Part shown: positions 15,130-24,543 of the stretch, one piece after another
How positions within the stretch are numbered: position 1 is the first letter of the stretch
Layout of the letters: every line of letters begins with the position of its first letter
Assembly: GCA_004295045.1 (NCBI GenBank)
Contig: SHND01000030.1
Coordinates: forward strand, 110,223 to 150,222
Source of the DNA: Chloroflexota bacterium
GTDB taxonomy: Bacteria > Chloroflexota > Anaerolineae > UBA4142 > SHND01
Reading direction: 5' to 3'
Length of the DNA stretch: 40,000 nucleotides
Position numbers and translations under genes: made by a program
The notes under the pieces: model-generated
What the model was told of the DNA's origin: nothing
The model's database searches: none
The model's input: the letters and a program-made list of their open reading frames with translations, nothing else

Positions 15130-16089
15130 ATGTCACAACAACCCAAACTCCTCGACAAAGTGCGCGAGATGCTGCGGCTCAAGCACTATTCTTCGCGAAC
15201 GGAAGACACCTATATTTATTGGATTCGCCGCTACCTTCGCTTTCACAACCTGCGCCATCCGCGCGAAATGCGCGAACCTGAAATCCAAGCGTTCTTGTCC
15301 CATCTCGCGGTAAAGGAGAACGTCGCCGCGTCAACACAAAATCAAGCCTTCAGCGCGCTCTTGTTCTTGTATCGCGAGGTATTGCAGATTCCACTTGACC
15401 CGCAAATCCAATCCGTGCGCGCCGAAAAACCAAAACATCTGCCCACCGTCTTGACGAAAGAAGAAGTGAACGCGATTTTATCGCGCATGTCTGGCGCTAC
15501 GGGGTTAATGGCGCGCATCTTGTATGGAAGTGGCTTGCGCTTGATGGAATGTGTCACCCTGCGCGTCAAAGACATTGACCTCGCGCAGCATCAGATCATT
15601 GTCCGCGACGGCAAAGGCGAAAAAGACCGCGTGACGATGCTGCCCACGAGTTTGGAAACGCTGCTGCGTGAACATCTCACATGGCGTAAATCACTGCATC
15701 AGCAGGATATTGCGAACGGGTATGGCTATGTCGAATTGCCTTTTGCGCTCGCGCGCAAATATCCCAACGCCGACCGCGAATTGATATGGCAATACGCGTT
15801 TCCTTCCGAACGCTTGGCGTATGATTCAAAGACCAAACACACCTATCGTTGGCACATGAGCGAAAGCACTCTGCAACGCGCGGTGCGCGCGGCGGCGCAA
15901 GAAGCGGAAATTCCAAAACTTGTTGGTCCGCACACCTTTCGCCATTCCTTTGCCACCCACCTCTTGCAAAACGGCTATGACATTCGCACCGTCCAAGAAC
16001 TTTTGGGGCACAAAGATGTCAAGACCACAATGATTTACACCCACGTCCTCCAACGCGGTCCGCTTGCCGTTCGTTCCCCTCTCGATTAA
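15130..16089 (+). CDS. intI: Integron integrase
   Basis: 319 aa tyrosine recombinase with the IntI-specific insertion ([21 protein letters not shown]) and [30 protein letters not shown]...VRSPLD. Collinear with IntI1 by eye. Confidence 0.95.
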   Translation: MSQQPKLLDKVREMLRLKHYSSRTEDTYIYWIRRYLRFHNLRHPREMREPEIQAFLSHLAVKENVAASTQNQAFSALLFLYREVLQIPLDPQIQSVRAEKPKHLPTVLTKEEVNAILSRMSGATGLMARILYGSGLRLMECVTLRVKDIDLAQHQIIVRDGKGEKDRVTMLPTSLETLLREHLTWRKSLHQQDIANGYGYVELPFALARKYPNADRELIWQYAFPSERLAYDSKTKHTYRWHMSESTLQRAVRAAAQEAEIPKLVGPHTFRHSFATHLLQNGYDIRTVQELLGHKDVKTTMIYTHVLQRGPLAVRSPLD

Positions 16090-16100
16090 ACTAGCGCGCG

Positions 16101-17648
16101 ATGCAACTCGCCCAACTCATCCGCGTCCTCAATCTCGATTCTCATTCGTCCGCTCTCGTTTCTCGCTTCTCAACTCTCGACATCACCCGCGTCACCGATA
16201 AATCGCGCGACGTTATCCCCGGCGCGTTATTCGTCGCCTACCCCGGCGTCAACGTGGATGGCGCACAATTCATCCCCGACGCGATCCAACGCGGCGCAGT
16301 CGCCATCGTCACACAAACGCCAATCACCCAATCACCTAATCTCCCAATTTTTGTTGTTGAAAACAGCCGCGCCGCCCTCGCGCACCTCTCCGCCGCGCTC
16401 CACAATTTCCCCTCGCGCAACCTCCGCGTCATTGGCGTCACCGGCACTGACGGCAAAACGACGACGAGTACGCTCATCGAAAATATCTTGCTCGCGGCAG
16501 GGCACAGCGTTGGCACAATCACTACAGTCGGCGCGCGGATTGGCGGACAAGAAATGGACACGGGGTTTCACACCACCACGCCCGACGCGCCCGACATTCA
16601 AAACTATCTCGCGCAAATGGTAGAGCAGGGGACCGAGTACGCGGTGATTGAATCCACCTCGCATGGACTCGCGCAGCATCGCCTCGACGCGATTGATTTT
16701 GACATTGCCGTCGTCACGAACATCACGCACGAACATTTGGATATTCACGGCAGTTGGGAGAATTATCGCGACGCCAAAGCAATGTTGTTTCGCGCGCTGA
16801 TGAATTCATCAAGAAAACCGCGCACGACCAAAGTCGCCGTGTTGAACGCAGATGACAATTTGCGCGGCGTCTTTGATTTCTTGCGCCAAGTGCCAAGTGA
16901 CGAAAAAATTGTTTATTCACAATCATCAATCGAAAATCGAAAATCGAAAATCGAAAATGAGACATGGATTTCCGCGCGCGACATTTCCCACACCGCGAAT
17001 GGTTTGACATTCACGATGGATTCTCCCTTTGGCGAACTGCAAATCTCATCGCCGCTCATCGGGCGTTACAACATCTCGAACATTCTCGCGGCGACAGGCG
17101 CGGCAATCGCGCGACGCATTCCCTTTGACGCGATCTCGCAAGGCGTGAAATTCACGCGCGGAATTGTGGGGCGCATGGAACGCATCGAAAACGCGCGCGG
17201 CTTGAACGTCATCGTAGATTTCGCGCACACGCCGTACGCGCTCGAAAGCGCGTTAAAAACCGCGCGTGAATTGACGCACGGGCGCGTCATTGCCGTTTTC
17301 GGCTGCGCGGGCTTGCGCGACGTACAAAAGCGCGCGTGGATGGGCGAAATTGCGGGAACACACGCGGACATCACCATCATCACCGCCGAAGACCCGCGCA
17401 CGGAACCCCTCACGCAAATCAATTCCCAAATCGCCGCTGGGTTACACAAGGCGAATCGAAAGCAGGACAAAAATTACTTTATCATTGACGACCGCGCCGA
17501 CGCGATACATTTCGCCATCAACCAGATTGCCGAACCGAACGACGTCGTCATTCTTTGCGGCAAAGGACACGAGCGCTCAATGTGTTTCGGCACAACCGAA
17601 TACGCGTGGAGTGACCAAGAAGCCGCGCGACGCGCGCTAGACAAGTAG
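16101..17648 (+). CDS. murE: UDP-N-acetylmuramoyl-L-alanyl-D-glutamate--2,6-diaminopimelate ligase
   Basis: 515 aa. DSR-like N-terminus, GVTGTDGKTTT P-loop and Mur ligase middle and C-terminal motifs. Confidence 0.95.
   Translation: MQLAQLIRVLNLDSHSSALVSRFSTLDITRVTDKSRDVIPGALFVAYPGVNVDGAQFIPDAIQRGAVAIVTQTPITQSPNLPIFVVENSRAALAHLSAALHNFPSRNLRVIGVTGTDGKTTTSTLIENILLAAGHSVGTITTVGARIGGQEMDTGFHTTTPDAPDIQNYLAQMVEQGTEYAVIESTSHGLAQHRLDAIDFDIAVVTNITHEHLDIHGSWENYRDAKAMLFRALMNSSRKPRTTKVAVLNADDNLRGVFDFLRQVPSDEKIVYSQSSIENRKSKIENETWISARDISHTANGLTFTMDSPFGELQISSPLIGRYNISNILAATGAAIARRIPFDAISQGVKFTRGIVGRMERIENARGLNVIVDFAHTPYALESALKTARELTHGRVIAVFGCAGLRDVQKRAWMGEIAGTHADITIITAEDPRTEPLTQINSQIAAGLHKANRKQDKNYFIIDDRADAIHFAINQIAEPNDVVILCGKGHERSMCFGTTEYAWSDQEAARRALDK
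16929..16956. repeat. Heptanucleotide tandem repeat ATCGAAA x4 inside murE
   Basis: Counted 16929-16956. Encodes IENRKSKIENE in a surface-insertion-like segment. Confidence 0.85.
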
Positions 17649-17707
17649 TGAATGAGATATAGAGGGATAGATTCACTCCATCACTCTTTCTCTCCATCAT
17701 ACCAACC

Positions 17708-18655
17708 ATGACCAATCCCGCCTACGGCTCTTCCCTCCAACCCTTCGCAGGCATCACAACCTTTATGCGTCAACCCGCGACGCGCGATTTGGAAAAAGTT
17801 GACGTCGCAATTCTCGGCGTCCCGTTCGACAGCGGCACAAGTTATCGCAGTGGCACGCGTTTTGGACCGCGTAAAATTCGTGAGGTCAGCGCAATGTTGT
17901 GGGGCAGTAACCAAACGCTGCGCGTCTCACCGCTCGAACAGTTGCGCGTCATTGATTACGGCGATGTGGATGTTGTCCCCGTTGACATTCAAGTCACGTT
18001 CGAGCGCATCACGAATGATGTGAAAACAATTCACAGCGCGGGCGCGACGGTCATCACGCTCGGCGGCGACCATTCCATCGCGCTGCCGTTACTCCGCGCG
18101 CACCACGCGAAATTTGGAAAAATCGCCGTCGTCCATTTCGATTCGCACGGCGATATGTGGGAGTACGATTTTGAAGGATTCAAGTACAGTCACGGCACGC
18201 CGTTTCGCCGCGCGGTGGAAGAAAATTTGATTGACACCGACGCGTATCTCCAAATCGGCATCCGCGGTTCCACCTCCGACTTGAACGATTACGCCATGGC
18301 GACACAACTCGGCGCGCGCCTCCTCACGATTGGCGACGCGATGAAAATGGGCACCGAAAAAATTGTCGAGACCATTCATCAAACCGTTGGCAATCGTCCC
18401 GTGTATGTTTCATTCGACATTGATTCGGTTGACCCCGCGTATGCGCCCGGCACCGGCACTCCCGAAGTCGGCGGCTTTACAAGTTTTCAAGCATTGGAAA
18501 TGGTGCGCGGTTTGAACGGCTTGAATCTCATCGGCTTTGACATTGTTGAAGTCAATCCTTTGTTTGACCACGGCGAAATCACCTCGCTCCTCGCCGCGAA
18601 TCTCGCGTTTGAATTTTTATCACTGCTCGCGCTAAAAAGAAATCGCGTACAATGA
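17708..18655 (+). CDS. speB: Agmatinase / ureohydrolase (arginase family)
   Basis: 315 aa. GGDHSI, DSHGD and SFDIDSVDP metal-ligand motifs. Confidence 0.85.
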   Translation: MTNPAYGSSLQPFAGITTFMRQPATRDLEKVDVAILGVPFDSGTSYRSGTRFGPRKIREVSAMLWGSNQTLRVSPLEQLRVIDYGDVDVVPVDIQVTFERITNDVKTIHSAGATVITLGGDHSIALPLLRAHHAKFGKIAVVHFDSHGDMWEYDFEGFKYSHGTPFRRAVEENLIDTDAYLQIGIRGSTSDLNDYAMATQLGARLLTIGDAMKMGTEKIVETIHQTVGNRPVYVSFDIDSVDPAYAPGTGTPEVGGFTSFQALEMVRGLNGLNLIGFDIVEVNPLFDHGEITSLLAANLAFEFLSLLALKRNRVQ

Positions 18656-19494
18656 CAATCGTTCTCTCGCATTTTCAAGTTGAGCCGCTGTTGGATGCCC
18701 GACGAAAAAATAAAAACAAAGCGGAAACCTCAACCGACTTGAATTTGTCGAAAACGCGCGTTGTGTTGGATGCGGATGGGGTGCAATTTCAAGATGGTGA
18801 AAGATTGAGTTGGAGCGACGCGGAAAAAATCGCGCGTGATGAAAACTCGTGTTTTGTGTTGGACTCGGCAGGAATTTTCAAAATCAAAGCATTTTCGGAA
18901 TTAACGAATCGCGCGTACTCGTTGTATCCCACGTCGAGCGCGCCGACGATGCTTGTCGCAGGTTTTCCGATGCACCGCATCAAAGCCATCACGCCCGAAC
19001 GCGCCGCCTACGCGATGGTCAAAACGCTCGCGCCGCTTTCGGGAACTGTTTTGGACACCGCGACGGGCTTGGGCTATACCGCGATAGAGATGGCGAAAAC
19101 CGCGCGGCGCGTCATCACCATTGAACTTGATCCCGCCGCGCAAGAAATCGCAAAACAGAATCCTTGGTCGCGCGATTTATTTCAGAATCCAAAAATTGAG
19201 CAGCGCATTGGCGATAGTTTTGAAATTGTGCCAACATTTGAGGCGAATTATTTTGACGCGATTTTACATGACCCGCCGACAATGTCGCTGGCGGGAGATC
19301 TTTATTCTGAAGAGTTTTATCGCGAATTATTTCGCGTTTTGCGGCGCGGCGGAAAATTATTCCACTACATCGGAGATCCCGAATCCAAGTTTGGCGCGAA
19401 TATCACGCGCGGCGTCGTTCAGCGTTTGCAACGCGCGGGATTCAAAACAATTAAACCCGCCGCGCACGCCTTTGGTGTGATTGCGTGGAAATAA
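18652..19494 (+). CDS. Class I SAM-dependent methyltransferase (DPPT motif)
   Basis: 280 aa. [14 protein letters not shown] (motif I) and ILHDPPTMS. Overlaps the speB stop by 4 nt. Confidence 0.7.
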   Translation: MTIVLSHFQVEPLLDARRKNKNKAETSTDLNLSKTRVVLDADGVQFQDGERLSWSDAEKIARDENSCFVLDSAGIFKIKAFSELTNRAYSLYPTSSAPTMLVAGFPMHRIKAITPERAAYAMVKTLAPLSGTVLDTATGLGYTAIEMAKTARRVITIELDPAAQEIAKQNPWSRDLFQNPKIEQRIGDSFEIVPTFEANYFDAILHDPPTMSLAGDLYSEEFYRELFRVLRRGGKLFHYIGDPESKFGANITRGVVQRLQRAGFKTIKPAAHAFGVIAWK

Positions 19495-19498
19495 ACAA

Positions 19499-19527
19499 GG
19501 CGTTCAATTTTGAACGCCCTTTTTATT
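19499..19527. terminator. Bidirectional terminator between convergent genes
   Basis: GGCGTTCA (19499-19506) / TGAACGCC (19511-19518), followed by CTTTTTATT. Confidence 0.7.
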
Positions 19528-20410
19528 GAATCTCGATTCGTAGGAACTCGGAAGGTCCTTCGTCGTCGTCCGTTACTGCGACCAATTCGACATGATTTGC
19601 GCGGACATTTTGAATTGCGATTCCTTCAATTTTCACTGCGGCGATTTCGTCGTCCTGTTCAACCACCGCAATCCATTGCAATTTGTTCGCATCAATTCTG
19701 CCGATAAAACTGCCGAATTTTGCGCCATCATCAATCTCATTATCCGTATCCTCGACGGCGGCGGCAAAGTAAATCGAATGGTCAAAGACGGTCGCGGCGG
19801 AAAATCCTGCCCGGCGGTTTTTGATGTACGGAAGCTCGTAGTGTGAAACGCGCGCGGACGGCGGCATCTCATTCGGCGCGTCGAGATATTTCATGAACGC
19901 GCCCAATTCAATTTGCGTCACCGTGTTGTGTCCCGAAATATTTCCGCGTTGAAACAGCAAAATTGCGTCTTGCGTCGTTGCCGCCGCTTCCAAATTCAAT
20001 GTTTGCGTGCCCACGATTTCTCGAGCTGCGCGAAATGCGTGGTAAAGCGCGGACAGGGAGATCGTACGAACGTTCTGCGGCGACGCGGGATTCGTCACAT
20101 CCACGCGATAGCAGACATCGCGCGTGGGCGCTTTACTCCCCGAACCAAAACAGAACAGCTCGCGCTTGCCTTTCCACTCGACACAGCACATCGCTTCAAG
20201 GTCGGGCTTGGACTTTTTTGGAATCCGTTCGCCCGGCGCAGCGGGCGATTCAAACAATCGCGTTGTGCCGACCAAATTGCCTTGCAAATCAAGCCGATAG
20301 AGTTCAGATGAATCATCACTGACGACGAAATAAAAATCGCCGATGCGTTCCAAACTCGACGCGGAGTGCAGACCGCCAAGAACGCGGCGTCCTCGAATCA
20401 AAGCGCGCAT
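19523..20410 (-). CDS. Hypothetical protein, 295 aa, probably beta-rich
   Basis: Long intact ORF with no competing ORF of recognisable family. No motif recognised. Confidence 0.6.
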   Translation of the reverse strand: MRALIRGRRVLGGLHSASSLERIGDFYFVVSDDSSELYRLDLQGNLVGTTRLFESPAAPGERIPKKSKPDLEAMCCVEWKGKRELFCFGSGSKAPTRDVCYRVDVTNPASPQNVRTISLSALYHAFRAAREIVGTQTLNLEAAATTQDAILLFQRGNISGHNTVTQIELGAFMKYLDAPNEMPPSARVSHYELPYIKNRRAGFSAATVFDHSIYFAAAVEDTDNEIDDGAKFGSFIGRIDANKLQWIAVVEQDDEIAAVKIEGIAIQNVRANHVELVAVTDDDEGPSEFLRIEIQ

Positions 20411-20417
20411 TGGTTTG

Positions 20418-21440
20418 TCACTGATAAATGTTGATTACATCGCGCAGCACCGCCGCCGCTGTGGGGTAAGGATTGTCTTCTTTGATTTGCGCGAAAATTT
20501 GTCCGTTGATGTCGCTTTCGTACAAAACCGCCATATATCCGCCGCCGACACGCGCAAGGGGATGCAACGCGTCAAGTCGTTCGGGACGCACGGTGAATTT
20601 CCAAGTCCCCAAATGCGATTCTCCGCGCGCGATGAGCTTGATCACCTTTCCCTCTGCCTGCGCGGCTTGGAAATCTTGCTGCGTGACACCGCGAATCCCC
20701 TCGACGCGCAAATCTTTCAGAGTGGTGGGACGTCGCAAGCACGCATTCGCTACGATCACCAATTTGTTCGCCGCGTCCCAGCCATCCACATCGAGTGTTG
20801 GGTCGGCTTCGGCAATGCCAATTTCCTGCGCGTGTTTGAGCGCGGACTCGTACGATTCGCCGCGCGCCATCGCGTCAAGAATGTGATTCGTCGTGCCGTT
20901 GACGATGCCTTCAAATTTTGTAATGTCACTGACGCCCAAATCGCGGCGTCCGATGTTCACCACCGGCAAGCCGCCCGCAACCGTCGCGCTGTGCAAAATT
21001 TTTACTTTATGTTTTGCCGCAAGCGCGAACAGTTCTTGATACGCAAGCACCAGCGGACCTTTGTTCGCAGTGGCGATATGCATGTTGCGTCCAATCGCTT
21101 CGCGCATCGTCGAAAGACCGGGTTCGCCGTCAGTGAGATTTGTGAGCGTGTTTTCGACCAACACATCGGCGGCGCACGAACGCACCAGCTCGACCATATT
21201 CATTTCGCCGCGTCCATGCGTCGGATACGCCGCCATGCCTTTGCCGCTTGCTTTGAGCTCAAGGATTTTTGCAACATCGAGCTCTTTGAAATATTCCGCG
21301 CCGCCGCTCGTGTCGCCTGCGGCGGTGACGATGAGGTCGAGGTCGAAGCGTTGTTGAATCACGGCGCGCTTGCGTTGAACCAATTCTAAAAAGCGCCGTC
21401 CGACATTTCCCAGCCCAATGACCGCAAGCCGAACTTGCAT
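20418..21440 (-). CDS. hom: Homoserine dehydrogenase family protein
   Basis: 340 aa. IGLGNVGRRF Rossmann N-terminus and ATVAGGLPV catalytic-domain motif. Confidence 0.85.
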   Translation of the reverse strand: MQVRLAVIGLGNVGRRFLELVQRKRAVIQQRFDLDLIVTAAGDTSGGAEYFKELDVAKILELKASGKGMAAYPTHGRGEMNMVELVRSCAADVLVENTLTNLTDGEPGLSTMREAIGRNMHIATANKGPLVLAYQELFALAAKHKVKILHSATVAGGLPVVNIGRRDLGVSDITKFEGIVNGTTNHILDAMARGESYESALKHAQEIGIAEADPTLDVDGWDAANKLVIVANACLRRPTTLKDLRVEGIRGVTQQDFQAAQAEGKVIKLIARGESHLGTWKFTVRPERLDALHPLARVGGGYMAVLYESDINGQIFAQIKEDNPYPTAAAVLRDVINIYQ

Positions 21441-21497
21441 AGATGCTCCCGAATCGTACGTGCAGCAATGGAACCTATTTCGGTTGCTGCGCGTACG

Positions 21498-21546
21498 GAA
21501 AAAAGAAAACCTGATTTTTGAAAGGCAACGTTCAAAAATCAGGTTT
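21498..21546 (-). terminator. Rho-independent terminator after the MerR-like gene
   Basis: Perfect 16-bp stem (21507-21522 / 21531-21546), followed on the minus strand by TCTTTTTTCC. Confidence 0.75.
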
Positions 21547-21566
21547 CGTAGTGGACTGAATGTTTC

Positions 21567-22163
21567 CTAGCCGCCAAACAATTTTTGCCAAACCGTTTTG
21601 TTCGCTTCAGCGCGCAGCGCGTTCTCGGCGCGCATGAGGCGTTGTTCAACCGTGAGGCGATATTCTTGATCGCGCTTTTTCATCTCGCCCAGCTCTTGTT
21701 CGAGTTTCAACATGCGCTCGCGCAGCTTGGCATTTTCTTCTTTGAGATTGAAATTGTCTTGAATGATGACGCCGAGCAGATTGCGATTGACTTGCAAACT
21801 GTTTTGAACGGTTTGTTGATTTTCGATCATCACGCGCAACGTATCGGTCATCACGCCAAAGCCCTGCTGCGCGTTTGGCACCATCATTGCGCCGTGCGAG
21901 CCATCGCCGTTGGTTTCGACACCGTAACCGTCGGCGCGCAACTCTTCGGCGGTCTCTTCAAAGGTCAAGCCCGACGCGAGATGATCTTTGATACGTTTGA
22001 TCACAAACACATCATCATCCGTAAAGCGGCGGTTCGCCTCGCCGAGCGCGCCGGGGGGCGAAAGGAAGGGCGCGAAATCGCGCGTCCAATTTTTTAGGGT
22101 CTGTGCCGAGATGCCAAGTTCGGCGGCGAGATCGGCTTGAGATTTAATTGCGGTATCGGGCAT
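21567..22163 (-). CDS. MerR-type HTH protein with C-terminal coiled coil
   Basis: LAAELGISAQTLKNWTRDF...RRFTDDDVFVIKRIKDHL, followed by a heptad-like KLRERMLKLEQELGEMKK region. Confidence 0.65.
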   Translation of the reverse strand: MPDTAIKSQADLAAELGISAQTLKNWTRDFAPFLSPPGALGEANRRFTDDDVFVIKRIKDHLASGLTFEETAEELRADGYGVETNGDGSHGAMMVPNAQQGFGVMTDTLRVMIENQQTVQNSLQVNRNLLGVIIQDNFNLKEENAKLRERMLKLEQELGEMKKRDQEYRLTVEQRLMRAENALRAEANKTVWQKLFGG

Positions 22164-22215
22164 TGCAACGTAGCAGGTTCCAAGTATCAGGTAGCAAGCG
22201 CAAATTCAATTGAAC

Positions 22216-22250
22216 CTGATACTTGATACATGATACTTGTTACTTGTCTT
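22216..22250. repeat. Heptanucleotide tandem repeat (TTGATAC-like, 5 copies)
   Basis: ctgatac ttgatac atgatac ttgttac ttgtctt. Spans the stop of the DUF1232 gene. Confidence 0.7.
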
Positions 22251-22650
22251 CATCCACCACGCGATAGCTGCCGTCCACATAATCGTCGGCGGTAAATTCG
22301 CGGCCGCCGCCGAGCGCGCGGCGATGCTCCATTACGACATCGGGCGGACAAAGATTGATAAAGAGTTTTGTGCCAAAGAATAAGAGCGCGATATCGTCGA
22401 GTTGTCCCAACACGATAAAAACATCCGGAATTATGTCCAGCGGTGAGAGGACGTACAGGGCGACAAGCGGCACGATCAGTTTCGGCAAAAAGGAGACGCG
22501 GGGGTCCAGCATCAAGCGCCAGACCAATTGCATCGAACGCCAGATTTCTATCAGAACGCTTGGGTCCGACGCCTCTTTTTTCGTTGCCGTTTTAACAGTT
22601 GGATCAGCCATAATTGAACCTCGCTCGCGTTGAACTGTTTCTTGCATCAA
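22240..22650 (-). CDS. DUF1232 (YkvA-like) membrane protein
   Basis: LSPLDIIPDVFIVLGQLDDIALL motif. An alternative start at ATG 22611 is preceded by GAGG. Confidence 0.75.
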   Translation of the reverse strand: MMQETVQRERGSIMADPTVKTATKKEASDPSVLIEIWRSMQLVWRLMLDPRVSFLPKLIVPLVALYVLSPLDIIPDVFIVLGQLDDIALLFFGTKLFINLCPPDVVMEHRRALGGGREFTADDYVDGSYRVVDEDK

Positions 22651-22808
22651 CGCATGAATCTATTTTCCCACGTTTCCTACGAAACGCGAAACGCGAAGGT
22701 TACATGACCTATTGCCAAACGATTCTACCATGCGCGCGAGAAATTGCCAAGAAAATTTTGAAACGCTTGTGTTCCGTTTCTAGCAAGTGTGTAACGGCTT
22801 GGATTTCG

Positions 22809-24104
22809 CTACGATTGCGGTGTTGCTGTGGGCGTCAGTGTTGGCGCATCGCTTGGGATAAAGCTGTCGGGCGGCGGTGGACATTCGCCGGGCGATGGCG
22901 CGTCGGCGGCGATTTGGGGCGCGTCGAAAATGCCGTCCAGCGACTGCTGAATCAAATCATAGTTTGGCATGTATAACCAGGCGCCGCTCGGCGACACCCA
23001 CGGATAGACCACCGGTGATTTCCAGATTTCTGCGCGCATCCGTTCGGGATGATTTTGAAAATCGAGTTGATAGACTGCCGGAATGAGCGAAACGAAATTC
23101 AGCAGCGTCATGTCAGTGGCGACACTCGAGCGCAGTTGGTCATACAACAGCGGCACACGGTCCGGCGCATTCATGCTCAAGCCCTTTTGAATCATGCCCC
23201 AAACGACGCGCTGTTGCCGAAAGTTCCGCGACGTATCGCTCGTGGTATAGCGCGATTGTACATAGCGTTTGGTGTTCAAATAATCCAACTGCACCTTGCC
23301 CGCCGGTATGGTGAACGCCTGTTCATCCAACGTATCGCTTAACGCGCAGGGGGCATTTATCTCAATCCCGCCGAGCGTGTCCACAATTTTGTTCAAGCCG
23401 TCGAAATCAATCAACGCCCAATGGTCAATGCGAATTCCAAAATTGTTCTGCAAGACCTGTTTCAAGACGTCCACCCCGCTCTCGACGTCCTTTTTCTCCC
23501 AGCCGGTATAGTAGGCGGTGTTGATGCGAAAGGCGCGTTCGCCGGGAATGGCGACGACGAGGTCGCGCGGCAAACTCACTATCGCCGCGCGTTGATTCGC
23601 CGTGTCCAAAAAGAGAACCATCAACACATCCGTGCTTGGTTTCCAATTTGGATCGCTCGTACGCGTATCCGTGCCGATGAGCAAAAAGTTGGTCGTTTTG
23701 TCAATGGCGCGTTCGGGGGTGTCAGTGCGGCGCGGATTCGGCGTCACAAATGCGCGCGTCGAGATCGCATCAAAGGTTGCTTGCGCGGGAATGGAGGTTT
23801 GCGTCGCTTTGATGTCGGGGGTTGCAGTGGACGCTCCGGCAGTTGCGGTAGTTGCTCCGGCTGTCGCCTGCGCGATTTTGGTGGACGGCGGCGCGGCGTG
23901 CGTGGCTTCACTGTGTCGCGTCGTAACCGCGCTTGGCATGTCGGTCGGTATTGCTGTGGCTTGTGCTTGTGCGACAGTGGTCGGTGCGGCGCTGCTAAAT
24001 TTCTCGGTATCGCCAAATGGGCGAATTGAGCCAATCGCATACACAAATCCGGCGCAAACGCTAAACATCAATACAAGCAAAATTGGAATTTGTTTTGTTT
24101 TCAT
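22809..24104 (-). CDS. LCP (LytR-CpsA-Psr) family protein
   Basis: N-terminal TM anchor, low-complexity linker, then NFLLIGTDTR...VLMVLFLD...SLPRDL...GGIEIN. Confidence 0.85.
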   Translation of the reverse strand: MKTKQIPILLVLMFSVCAGFVYAIGSIRPFGDTEKFSSAAPTTVAQAQATAIPTDMPSAVTTRHSEATHAAPPSTKIAQATAGATTATAGASTATPDIKATQTSIPAQATFDAISTRAFVTPNPRRTDTPERAIDKTTNFLLIGTDTRTSDPNWKPSTDVLMVLFLDTANQRAAIVSLPRDLVVAIPGERAFRINTAYYTGWEKKDVESGVDVLKQVLQNNFGIRIDHWALIDFDGLNKIVDTLGGIEINAPCALSDTLDEQAFTIPAGKVQLDYLNTKRYVQSRYTTSDTSRNFRQQRVVWGMIQKGLSMNAPDRVPLLYDQLRSSVATDMTLLNFVSLIPAVYQLDFQNHPERMRAEIWKSPVVYPWVSPSGAWLYMPNYDLIQQSLDGIFDAPQIAADAPSPGECPPPPDSFIPSDAPTLTPTATPQS

Positions 24105-24119
24105 ATTTTGGATGCGCTG

Positions 24120-24521
24120 TTAATCCTCTGCATTTAAAAGTTTGCGAATAAATTCGGGGAACGCGACGGGGCGCCCGTCATGGTCAATGTTCATGTGCGT
24201 GGTGAAACCCGTGCACAGTTTTTTTCCGTCGCGCGAAATTTCATAGCGAATGGTCAGCGCGCGACTTTTCACTTCGCCAATCCACGCGCGCACGGTGAGC
24301 AAATCGCCGTAAAAGGCGGGCGCATGATAACGCAGTCCCGCCTCGGTGAGGGGCCAATGATAGCCGCGCGCTTCAACATCGCGTCCATAATCCATGCCGC
24401 GCTGCCAAAAAAATTCGCCGCGCGCGACTTCGAACCACGTGAGATAATGCGCGTTATAAGCAATGCCGCTCTTGTCCGTTTCCGCGTAGCGCACGCGAAT
24501 TTTTGTTTCAATGGATTTCAT
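24120..24521 (-). CDS. Acyl-CoA thioesterase (4HBT/YbgC family)
   Basis: Start moved to ATG 24521 (MKSIETKIRVRYAETDKSGIAYNAHYLTWFE). The ORF-track N-terminal extension overlaps the upstream gene. Confidence 0.8.
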   Translation of the reverse strand: MKSIETKIRVRYAETDKSGIAYNAHYLTWFEVARGEFFWQRGMDYGRDVEARGYHWPLTEAGLRYHAPAFYGDLLTVRAWIGEVKSRALTIRYEISRDGKKLCTGFTTHMNIDHDGRPVAFPEFIRKLLNAED

Positions 24522-24543
24522 AGGCGACCAGGTACGAGTCCTC

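Larger units (their letters stand above)
13099..16089. mobile_element. Complete integron: intI, attI and two cassettes (13931-14977 and 13105-13930)
   Basis: Integrase, divergent attI and two attC-bounded minus-strand cassettes in canonical arrangement. Confidence 0.8.
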
